A DNA stretch of 63,894 bases, the filler included, from an uncultured Methanosarcinales archaeon (lineage in GTDB: Archaea > Nanobdellota > Nanobdellia > Woesearchaeales > JAGLXL01), in assembly GCA_964472345.1 (NCBI GenBank). It is 5 parts of 5 records of this genome, joined end to end, with 100 filler letters (N's around TTAATTAATTAA, not from the genome) between each part and the next. Parts side by side here need not be neighbours in the genome. Positions count along the whole stretch, not along the records: positions 16,134 to 32,003 come from CAYYLB010000027.1; positions 32,104 to 46,651 come from CAYYLB010000029.1; 3 more parts are not named here. One strand, written 5' to 3'. Made by a program: the position numbers and the translations under genes. Below are positions 28,086 to 36,018 of the stretch, in pieces. Every line of letters begins with the position of its first letter. Position 1 is the stretch's first letter. The notes below the pieces were generated by a model that was not told where the DNA came from, searched no databases, and was given only the letters and a program-made list of their open reading frames with translations.

Positions 28086-29894
28086 TCACTCCTCAAACTT
28101 GTTCCGGAGCCTGAGCTTCGGGTACAGCGCGAGGCTCTTGAGCTCATCGAGCAGCAGCTTGAACGCATAGCTCATCTCAACGTAGCTCACGTCCGTGTCC
28201 TCGCCGCACATGCTGCACGAGACCTTGTTCCTGAACTCATCGCGCACCGCAATAAGGCCGCACTGCTCGCACACCGGAACCACCGTCCTGTCGGCATCGA
28301 AGCGCTCCTTCAGCAGCAGCGCGGCGCCGTGCGCGACAAAGGTGTCCTTCTCCATCTCCCCAAGGCGCAGGCCGCCTTCTTTCGCGCGCCCTTCCGTCGG
28401 CTGCCTTGTGAGCAGCTGGATCGGGCCTCGCGCACGCGAGTGGATCTTGTTCGCGACCATATGCTTCAGCTTCAGGTAATACATGTCGCCGACAAAGATG
28501 CGCGCCTGCATCTTCTCGCCCGTATGCGCATGGTAAAATGTCTCCGTGCCGTCGTCGCGGAACCCCAGCGCAAGCAGCTCCGCACGCAGCTTTGCCTCCG
28601 GCTCCGCGGCGAATGTCGTGCCATCCACATAGCGGCCTGCGAGCGCGCCGGCCTTGCCGGCAACGAGCTCTATCAGGTGGCTCACGGTCATGCGGCTGGG
28701 GATGCCATGGGGCGAGAAGATCAGATCCGGGATAATGCCGGTCGCGCTGAAAGGGATGTCGGACTGCGGAACGATCAGCCCGACCACGCCCTTCTGCCCA
28801 TGCCGGCTCGTGAACTTGTCCCCGATTTCCGGGATGCGCTGGTCGCGCAGCTTGACCTGCACGAGCTTGTTGCCCTCCTCATTTTCCGTTACCAGCACGA
28901 AATCAACAACCCCCTGCTCCCCATGCTTGAGCGCGATGGAGCTTTCCCTCCGTGTCGATGAGGAGAGGTTGTACTCGTCCAGCGCGCTCAGGAACCGCGG
29001 CGGGCTTGTCCTGCCGATCACGACGTCTCCTTCTCCCATCACCGCTTCCGGGAAGATGATCCCATCAGGCTCAAGCAGCCGGTACTCCTGCTCGGTGCGG
29101 TAGCCCTTCACGTCCTTGTCCGGCACGATGATCTCGTCCACGAGGCCGCCGCTGTAGCGCAGCTCTTCCGCGATCGCCGGGCGGTAATACGTGCTCCGCG
29201 CCATGCCCCGCTCAACGCTCGCCTTGTTCAGGATCACCGCATCTTCCATGTTGTAGCCTTCGTAGCTCATGATCGCGACGACCATATTCTGCCCCGCAGG
29301 ATGCTTTTCGTAGCCTGCGATGTCATTCACCATCGTCCTGACGACCGGCTTCTGCGGATAATGGAGAAGGTTGACGTCCATATCCATGCGGACGTGGAAA
29401 TTCGCCGCGTAGATGCCGAGAGCGTGCTTCTGGTTCTTGCTGCCGGCATTCAGGCGCGTACTTTGGTTGAAATTTCCGTAGGGGACGAGCGCCGTCGTGA
29501 TGCCGAGCAGCGCATACGGCACCACTTCGAGGTGGGTATGCTCAGGGGTGAGCTGCGTGTCGTCCCAGGCGATGAGCGAATTCTCCTCTTCCGACGCATC
29601 AAGGTATTCGATGATGCCCTGCTCGACGAGATCCGACCAGGTCAATGCATTCTGCTCGAGCTGCCTGAGATGCTGCTCAGTGAGGAGCGGCTTGCCTTCC
29701 TTCACGACAACCAACGGCCGCCGCGCCCGCCCGCGGCTGCAATCCACCCGCACGGCATCCGCTTCCCGGTGGTAGGAGAGGTTGACATTGTGCGCGGAGT
29801 GCCTCTTCCGGAACTCATCGCGGATGTGCTCGACGAATCCCTGCCCGTTTTCGACGAACCCGACGAACTTGTTGTTGACGTAGACTTCGCTCAT
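28086..29894 (-). CDS. rpoB1: RNA polymerase subunit B'
   Basis: GYNMEDA, GDKFTSRHGQKG, GGLRLGEME; true start MSEVYVNNK at 29894. Confidence 0.97.
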   Translation of the reverse strand: MSEVYVNNKFVGFVENGQGFVEHIRDEFRKRHSAHNVNLSYHREADAVRVDCSRGRARRPLVVVKEGKPLLTEQHLRQLEQNALTWSDLVEQGIIEYLDASEEENSLIAWDDTQLTPEHTHLEVVPYALLGITTALVPYGNFNQSTRLNAGSKNQKHALGIYAANFHVRMDMDVNLLHYPQKPVVRTMVNDIAGYEKHPAGQNMVVAIMSYEGYNMEDAVILNKASVERGMARSTYYRPAIAEELRYSGGLVDEIIVPDKDVKGYRTEQEYRLLEPDGIIFPEAVMGEGDVVIGRTSPPRFLSALDEYNLSSSTRRESSIALKHGEQGVVDFVLVTENEEGNKLVQVKLRDQRIPEIGDKFTSRHGQKGVVGLIVPQSDIPFSATGIIPDLIFSPHGIPSRMTVSHLIELVAGKAGALAGRYVDGTTFAAEPEAKLRAELLALGFRDDGTETFYHAHTGEKMQARIFVGDMYYLKLKHMVANKIHSRARGPIQLLTRQPTEGRAKEGGLRLGEMEKDTFVAHGAALLLKERFDADRTVVPVCEQCGLIAVRDEFRNKVSCSMCGEDTDVSYVEMSYAFKLLLDELKSLALYPKLRLRNKFEE

Positions 29895-31366
29895 GGGACC
29901 GTCTCCAGCCCGTATTTTTTCAGCAGCGACAGCACTTCCTGCTCGCTTGATTCGTGGGAAATCGTGCACAGCAGCGCAAGGTTCTTGCGCAATCCGATGT
30001 TCGTCCCTTCCGGCGTCTCGATCGGGCACAGGCGCCCGAGGTGGGTGCTGTGCAATGCGCGCGCATCGAAGTTCTCCTGGCTCGCGCTCAGGGGCGAGAC
30101 GATGCGCTGCAGGTGCGACAGCGCCTCGAGATAATTGAGGCGCTGCATGCGCTGGCTGATGCCCTTGCGGCCGCCGACCCAGCTTCCCGTCGCCATGGAC
30201 GAATAGATGCGCGACGTGAGCAGTTTCTCGCGGATGATCACCCGGATGCTCGGAAGCTTGCCGCGCTTGATGATGCGCTGGAAATTGTAGAGCAGGTCGC
30301 CGACAAGCACCTTGAAGTTCACCGCAAACAGGTCCATCAGCAGGTCGCCGGACTGCTTCAGCTTCTTGTTCCCGTAGTGGTCCTTGTCGTCGGGAGCCAG
30401 CACGCCGCGCTCCACTTCGAGGTACCTCTTCCACATCTTGCAGAGGTTGTGCGCCTTGCCGAGCAGGTCGTCATCGCTCACGCCAAGGTGGGGCAGCAGG
30501 TACTTCTGGAGGATCTCCCGCACCCGCTCCAGCCGGACATCGCGCGCCTGCGTGATCCCGATCTGCTTCGCGACCTCATCGAGCGCGTCTTCCCTGCTCT
30601 TGACTTCGACAAACTCGTACAGGTTCACGAGCACCCCGGGATACTGCTCGTCGCGCGAAACGGCCTTGACGATGTCCTCATCCTTCACGAGGCCGAGCGC
30701 CTTGAGGATCAGCACGAGGGAGACTTTTTTCACCCGCGTAAACGTGAGATACATGATGCCATCTTTCTTCCGCTCGAGCGTATGCGGAATCTTGTACGAC
30801 CCACGCTCCGAGAAGATCTTCCCGGTCAGCGTGCCATTCGCCTCCCGGTCGACGGTGAAGGTGTTCGGCGCAAGGTCCTCGACGGTAATCAGCACCTTTT
30901 CCGTGCCATTGATGATGAAAGAGCCGCCGGGCTCGTCGGGGTCCTCGCCGTGCTTCACGAGCTCGTCGCGGCCAAGCCCCGCAAGATGGCAGTATTTGCT
31001 CTTCAGCATGATGGGCATCTTCCCGATCTGCGCGGTGAAGCTCTCGCGCTGGACATCATTCACATACGCGGAAATCTCGAGGAAGATGGGCGCCGAGTAG
31101 GAGATCTTGCGCAGGCGCGCCTCGACCGGATAGATGTTGCGCTTGCTGCCGTCCGCTTCCGTGATCTCAGGCTTGCCTACCCATATCTTGCCGAACTTGA
31201 TGACGAACCGCTCGATGTTGTGGGGGATGATTGCGGGCTCTGCCTCCTTGTTCTCGTCGACCACTTCCTGCATTCCCCGCTCGATGAACGTGTTGAAGGA
31301 CTGGATGCTGCTCTCGACAAACTTGTGCTCTTCAAAGTACTTCCTGACGAGAATGCTCCTATCCAC
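29891..31366 (-). CDS. rpoB2: RNA polymerase subunit B''
   Basis: PGGSFIINGTEKV, DKDHYGNK, CPIETPEG; start GTG 31366. Confidence 0.96.
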   Translation of the reverse strand: MDRSILVRKYFEEHKFVESSIQSFNTFIERGMQEVVDENKEAEPAIIPHNIERFVIKFGKIWVGKPEITEADGSKRNIYPVEARLRKISYSAPIFLEISAYVNDVQRESFTAQIGKMPIMLKSKYCHLAGLGRDELVKHGEDPDEPGGSFIINGTEKVLITVEDLAPNTFTVDREANGTLTGKIFSERGSYKIPHTLERKKDGIMYLTFTRVKKVSLVLILKALGLVKDEDIVKAVSRDEQYPGVLVNLYEFVEVKSREDALDEVAKQIGITQARDVRLERVREILQKYLLPHLGVSDDDLLGKAHNLCKMWKRYLEVERGVLAPDDKDHYGNKKLKQSGDLLMDLFAVNFKVLVGDLLYNFQRIIKRGKLPSIRVIIREKLLTSRIYSSMATGSWVGGRKGISQRMQRLNYLEALSHLQRIVSPLSASQENFDARALHSTHLGRLCPIETPEGTNIGLRKNLALLCTISHESSEQEVLSLLKKYGLETVP

Positions 31367-31595
31367 GGATGACCACCCGGTAATACACTGCCTTGCCGGC
31401 AGTCGCGCTCTTCCTGATGATCTTGACCACATCGCCCGCTTCGACGTTCATGGGGCGGACGGCGGGATCGCTTTTCAGGATTTTTGGCAGTTCTTTGTCG
31501 GTGATGCAGTATTTTGCGAGGAGCGCAGCCTTCTCTTCCCTGCTGAGCTTGCGCTGTTCAGGCACCAGCATGTGTTCCGTTACTTTAAATCCCAT
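31359..31595 (-). CDS. rpoH: RNA polymerase subunit H (Rpo5)
   Basis: HMLVP...LPKILKSDP...GDVVKIIRKS.TAG..YYRVV. Confidence 0.96.
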   Translation of the reverse strand: MGFKVTEHMLVPEQRKLSREEKAALLAKYCITDKELPKILKSDPAVRPMNVEAGDVVKIIRKSATAGKAVYYRVVIRG

Positions 31596-31639
31596 ACCTG
31601 CGCGAAACCCCCTTGACGGTGCTCATCCGATGAGTATGA

Positions 31640-31747
31640 CGGGCCGGACGGGACATTCGCCGGCAGACCGTTTCGAACCCGCGACACCTGGATCGCTTTG
31701 CACTGGGCGTAAAAGTCCAGTACTCTACCAAGCTGAGCTACCGGCCC
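31640..31747 (-). tRNA. tRNA-Lys(UUU) with two introns (37/38, 16 nt, 31694-31709; 59/60, 18 nt, 31654-31671)
   Basis: GGGCCGG/CCGGCCC acceptor; CTGGA-CTTTTA..A-TCCAG anticodon arm; T-loop intron has BHB central helix UUCG/CGAA. Confidence 0.92.
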
Positions 31748-31761
31748 GTGAGCGTGGAAAG

Positions 31762-31895
31762 CGCCCTGGCCGGGATTTTCAGTGAAATGCCGACGGTCGA
31801 TGCACAACCGCCGCGCATCCGATGTTGAACCCGGGTCGAAGCCTTGCTGTGCGTGCACGACAGGGCTTCATGATAGGCCACTACACTACCAGGGC
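31762..31895 (-). tRNA. tRNA-Asp(GUC) with two introns (37/38, 13 nt, 31845-31857; T-loop ~59/60, 48 nt, 31776-31823)
   Basis: GCCCTGG/CCAGGGC acceptor; AAGCC-CTGTCG..A-GGCTT; T-stem CCGGG/CCCGG with central helix UUCA/UGAA and a long intronic hairpin. Confidence 0.9.
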
Positions 31896-31994
31896 AAAGC
31901 TCCTTCTACGTCGTTTTGCGATCGTAGAAAGACACGTGAGCGGCATAGAGCCACCATCATACAGCACCCCCTTTATAAAGCTTACTATCTCGCG

Positions 31995-32003
31995 GGGGCT
32001 GTG
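31995..32003 (+). tRNA. possible 5' end of a tRNA truncated by the contig end
   Basis: GGGGCTGTG lies ~20 nt after a TTTATAAA box; too short to assign. Confidence 0.2.
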
Positions 32004-32103
32004 NNNNNNNNNNNNNNNNNNNNNNNNNNNNNNNNNNNNNNNNNNNNTTAATTAATTAANNNNNNNNNNNNNNNNNNNNNNNNNNNNNNNNNNNNNNNNN
32101 NNN
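32004..32103. other. artificial contig linker
   Basis: N-run TTAATTAATTAA N-run. Confidence 0.99.
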
Positions 32104-32648
32104 ATCCTGTCCTGCTTGCCTGCGTTCTCGTGGATGTGGCCGCTGATCGCCAGACGCGGCTTGATGCGCTCAATCTCCCTGCGGATGTCGGCGTTGCCCA
32201 CAAAACCTCCGTTGAGCGCGTCGAGCTTCGTCTTGTACGGCGGGGCGTGGGTGACAAGGATAATGGTATCATCTTCATTGGTGAGGTGCCTTCGCCAGCT
32301 GCGCGCGACGCTGCGGAATGCGTCGGAATGCCTGGAGAAGCCGTCGGTGCCCCAGCCGAGGAACGTGATGCCGTTCCAGCGCACGAGCCGCTCGTGCAGG
32401 CAGACCATGTTCTTATGTTCCTTCAGCTCCCGCAGGAGCCTTGCCGGCTCCTCGTGGTTGCCTGGGATCAGCATGACCGGCTTGCCGATCGCATCGAACT
32501 TGCCGAGCATTTCGGCCATGAAGCTGCCGAAAACCGTGAAGTCGCCGGCGCAGGCGAGCAGGGTGATGTCAGGCTGCTGCGCGCGGCTGACGAGCTTCTT
32601 CACGACGGTGAAGTCGGCGTGAACATCTGAAAAGGCGAGGAGTTTCAT
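32104..32648 (-). CDS. Icc-like metallophosphoesterase (3' truncated)
   Basis: SDVH, AGDF, PGNHE, THAPP, SGHIHE. Confidence 0.92.
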
Positions 32649-32694
32649 ATGGTGCAGAATTTTCCCCCCCTATAAAAACGTTTTTGGTTTCTCG

Positions 32695-32875
32695 GCTCTG
32701 CTGAAACCCTCCCGCTCACGCCCGGCACTGCCAACTCACTCGGCCGATTTCTCGCAGCCATTTCCGATGCACCTTTGCGGCTTCTGCCGAAGGAAATCGG
32801 TTCCCGTGAGCGATGCAAGCAAAGGCGCATGCCTCGTTCGCACCGAGCAGGCAGTGCATAGGGTTTCAGCAGAGC
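32695..32875. mobile_element. MITE-like element, 181 bp
   Basis: Perfect 16-bp TIR GCTCTGCTGAAACCCT / AGGGTTTCAGCAGAGC; intergenic; no CDS. Confidence 0.65.
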
Positions 32876-32915
32876 ATGTTTTCTCTTCGTGCCACGCTGG
32901 ACCTGTCGAACACCC

Positions 32916-34079
32916 TCAGAGCGCCCCATAATCCTCCAGCACCACCTTGTCGAGCTCCCTGAGGTTCTTCACGAGGTAAAACCTGCCGTTCCCTATCTCT
33001 GCGAGCTTCTGCGCGAGCCTGGCTGCCTTTGCGGTCAGATCGATTCCGGCGACGCTGATGGTGATATGATGGGCGCGCGCTTTTGCGGCTGCCTCGAGCG
33101 TCTCTTCCTCCGGCTGCTTCCCGACCGTGGGCATGGCATCGGTCAGGATGATCAGGTGGTTGGTGCTGCCGCTGCGGGGGAACAGCTCGACGGCCTTCTC
33201 GAGCAGCGCCGTGATGTCGGTCTCGCGCGCGGCACGGATGCGGATGATGGAGCGGAGCAGCAATCCAACATCAGCGGTCGGGGGGATGCCCTCCTTGACC
33301 TCCTTGGAGAAGACCACCAGACCAACCTTGTCCCTGCGCCCAATGGCCTTGAAGGCGAGCGCGATGCCTGCTTTCTTGGCCAGATCGATCTTCTCACCTT
33401 TCATGCTGCCGCTGGCATCAATGCCGTAGATGATGTTGATGTTCCCATGGCTCACGCGCTCGTGCGCCTCGAGGTCCCCCATGAGCAGCTGCCGGTGCGC
33501 CCTTTTCACCGCCCTCTTGACGCTGCGGCGGATCGCGATGTCGCGGTAGCGGCTCTGGCGGGTAAACGGGCGGGTCTCGCCTTTGCTTCCGTAGACGGCG
33601 CGCCTCTCGCTGCGCTGCTCCCCGAAGAGGCCGCGCGACTCGATGAGATCAAGCTCCTCGATGCAGGTCACGAGCGCGGCGAGCTGCAGGCCTTTCTCGG
33701 TGATGAGGTGGTTTTCATCCAGCATGCCGGTTTCGCGCAGCTCCCTGAGCTTCCCTGCGATGCGCTGCTGAAGCTCGCGCCGGAATTCAGGGATGCGGAT
33801 GTTCCTGCCGACGTAGTCCGCGTCGTAGCCGGAGAGGAGGCTGACGAATGTCCTGCCGTAAAGCTGCTCGGCGCTGCGGTAATTCGTTATGAGGTTCCTG
33901 TAGATATCATCCGGAACAAACCCGCCGAAGCCCTGGTTGAGGGCCTCCTTGAGCAGCCTGCCATTGTTGGTCTGCCTGCCTTCGATGACCGAGTGCATCA
34001 GCCCCCGGCCGATTTCCGTAAGGCCGAGCCTGCCCGTCAGTTCGACCGCTTCACCCGCTGCAGAAGAGTCAAAGGCCAT
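32916..34079 (-). CDS. VWA-domain protein (chelatase D / MoxR partner-like)
   Basis: MIDAS DASGSM, ETD, ILTDAMPT. Confidence 0.88.
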   Translation of the reverse strand: MAFDSSAAGEAVELTGRLGLTEIGRGLMHSVIEGRQTNNGRLLKEALNQGFGGFVPDDIYRNLITNYRSAEQLYGRTFVSLLSGYDADYVGRNIRIPEFRRELQQRIAGKLRELRETGMLDENHLITEKGLQLAALVTCIEELDLIESRGLFGEQRSERRAVYGSKGETRPFTRQSRYRDIAIRRSVKRAVKRAHRQLLMGDLEAHERVSHGNINIIYGIDASGSMKGEKIDLAKKAGIALAFKAIGRRDKVGLVVFSKEVKEGIPPTADVGLLLRSIIRIRAARETDITALLEKAVELFPRSGSTNHLIILTDAMPTVGKQPEEETLEAAAKARAHHITISVAGIDLTAKAARLAQKLAEIGNGRFYLVKNLRELDKVVLEDYGAL

Positions 34080-35094
34080 CACCACCGGATGGTGCGGCTG
34101 CGCGCGTGAAGTCCTTTGCGAGCGCTTTCCACTGCTCCTGAAGGAGCTCTTCAGGCGAGCGGAGGTAGCGCAGGCTCGGCTTGAGCTCGATGCGGTGGGC
34201 GAGGACGGAAACAACCGTATCGTGCAGGTCGCTGATCGTGACATTGCCGCGGCCGGCGAGGAGCGCTGCGGTCTGGGCGCGCTCGTACCACGCGATTGAC
34301 GCGCGCACGCCAGGAACCTTCTCGAGGTCCTTGTTCGCACGCAAGGAGCGGATGAAGAGCACGAGGAATGCGAGAAGAGCTTCCGGGAATGGGAGAAGCT
34401 GCCTGCCCTTGGCGAGGACGATCTGCCTCTCGACGGCATCGGTTTCGGGGTAGCCCATGGGGATGGCATCAAACCTGTCGAGGAGGACGTCGCTGAGCTT
34501 CTCGGTGCTCGTGTCTTTGGGGTTCAATGTCGCAATCAGAAGGAAATTGGCCTGGAGGTCGACATCGTAGCTGCCGATGGTTGCGCGACCTTCCTCAAGG
34601 ACCTGCAGCAGGGCATTCTGCAGCTTTTCCGGCGCGCGGTTGAGCTCATCGAAGAAGAGGATGCCGTTGTTGGCCCTGAAGAGCTTGCCGGGGGTGAAGG
34701 CTTCCTGGCTTGACGGGCCGAACTTCAGCGCCTTGATGGGGTCGATGTCGCCGAGGAGGTCTTCGGCCGTGAGATCGGGGGAGCCCTGGACGCGGACGAA
34801 GCGCTGGGCGCCGCTGATCTTCCTCGTCTTCGGCTTCTTTTCCCTGCAGGATGGGCATTGCGGCTGCGCAGGGGAGCAGTGCCAGGGGCAGTCGTTGAGC
34901 TCCACCGGCGGGAGAATCTTCGCGACGTTCTTTGCGAGGGTCGTCTTGCCGACGCCCGGGGGCCCGGTTATAATCACATGGTGGCCAGCAAGGAGCGCGG
35001 ACTGGAGCTGCCGCTTGACGTGCTCCTGGCCGAGGATGTCGCTGAGCCCGTGCTTGCGGAATGCTTCTGCCAGCTGCCGGGTGAGCTGCTGCAT
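34069..35094 (-). CDS. MoxR/ChlI-like AAA+ ATPase
   Basis: GPPGVGKT, Cys cluster CPWHC..CPSC, FFDELNRA, NALLQVLEE, ATLNP, LLDRF. Confidence 0.9.
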   Translation of the reverse strand: MQQLTRQLAEAFRKHGLSDILGQEHVKRQLQSALLAGHHVIITGPPGVGKTTLAKNVAKILPPVELNDCPWHCSPAQPQCPSCREKKPKTRKISGAQRFVRVQGSPDLTAEDLLGDIDPIKALKFGPSSQEAFTPGKLFRANNGILFFDELNRAPEKLQNALLQVLEEGRATIGSYDVDLQANFLLIATLNPKDTSTEKLSDVLLDRFDAIPMGYPETDAVERQIVLAKGRQLLPFPEALLAFLVLFIRSLRANKDLEKVPGVRASIAWYERAQTAALLAGRGNVTISDLHDTVVSVLAHRIELKPSLRYLRSPEELLQEQWKALAKDFTRAAAPSGGDGL

Positions 35095-35139
35095 GGGGCG
35101 GGGGTGGTGAGGGCGGTTTTTAAACGTTCTGTCGGCCGA

Positions 35140-35361
35140 GCGTTATTGGAAAGTTCGCCAAGGCGGCCAGTGTGCGTGTCGGGCTCGGCACGACACCCAG
35201 GAGGACGCTGCACGTTCTCCGTGCCGGCGTAAGCAGGATGCCTGCCAGGCTCCAGCTCGACTCGAGTCCGAAGGACGATTAACTCGAGCGCCTCGGACTC
35301 GGTACGAGGCTCAGGAAAAGCGCACTTTTCCGCGTAGCGAACGGGAACTTTCCAATAACGC
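35140..35361. mobile_element. MITE-like element, 222 bp
   Basis: Perfect 17-bp TIR GCGTTATTGGAAAGTTC / GAACTTTCCAATAACGC with internal hairpins. Confidence 0.65.
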
Positions 35362-35454
35362 CGTCGCCCTGCCACGCAAAAATTCTTTTAAGAATATATA
35401 TTTCAATAATTTATTTATATAAGAATCACTTTTCCCTGCCCGGAGGTGGTCGTC

Positions 35455-35790
35455 ATGGCCTACAAGATACGGTCGAAGTACCTGAAAGGAAGGGTGAAGA
35501 AGCTGAAGTGGACGCAGGACAACCGGAGCTACGTGCGGGATCTGGTATTCCTGGAGAATGCCATTGCGGACGGCGTCACCGGATGGGCGCATGCGATGCA
35601 GGTCCATACGCTGCGCTCAAGCTATCCGAAAGAGTATGCGGCGATGCTGAAGGAGCTCGACCGCGAAGGGCATAAAGAGCATCTCAAAGAGCAGGCGAAG
35701 GACGCGAAGGAAAGCAGAAAAGCGGAGCGGTGGTGCGAGGAAGAGGACCGCAGGGAAGAACGGGAGGAGAGGGGGTGGTGGAGGAGGTGA
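35455..35790 (+). CDS. hypothetical protein, charged C-terminus
   Basis: SD GGAGGTGG, ATG 35455, TATA at ~35413. Confidence 0.75.
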   Translation: MAYKIRSKYLKGRVKKLKWTQDNRSYVRDLVFLENAIADGVTGWAHAMQVHTLRSSYPKEYAAMLKELDREGHKEHLKEQAKDAKESRKAERWCEEEDRREEREERGWWRR

Positions 35791-35847
35791 AGCGTTTTCC
35801 ACTATTTTTGCAGGACGGGACCGTGCCGAACCAGATGACACAATCTG

Positions 35848-35957
35848 TCAAAAACCGCCGGTCAGTAGACCGGCGGCATGCCGTTTGCGGACGGCATGCG
35901 GAGTTTTTGAGCACACTGGTTTTCCACCGGTGAAAACACCGGTGGAAAACGCAGTGT
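35848..35957. repeat. cluster of palindromes/REP-like hairpins upstream of hppA
   Basis: CCGCCGGTC-AGTA-GACCGGCGG; GCATGCCGT-N6-ACGGCATGC; GTTTTCCACCGGTG-AAAA-CACCGGTGGAAAAC. Confidence 0.6.
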
Positions 35958-36018
35958 TTATAAAGGCGCTGCCGCTTTCCCGCGGAGCCAGTGAAGGCAG
36001 TGAAGGGGGTCGGTGTCC

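Noticed and set aside
26215..28170. Long antisense ORFs (e.g. 26215-28170, 29954-31372, 36385-37971, 32889-34109)
   Set aside because: Shadow frames of high-GC, well-identified genes on the opposite strand.
28086..31366. Split RNA polymerase B subunit as a frameshift or pseudogene
   Set aside because: The B''/B' split is a normal, established archaeal arrangement, with a clean ATGA overlap here.
35919..35950. TTTCCACCGGTGAAAAC resembling an ORB box
   Set aside because: Part of a perfect hairpin, with wrong spacing, no G-string and no adjacent replication genes.
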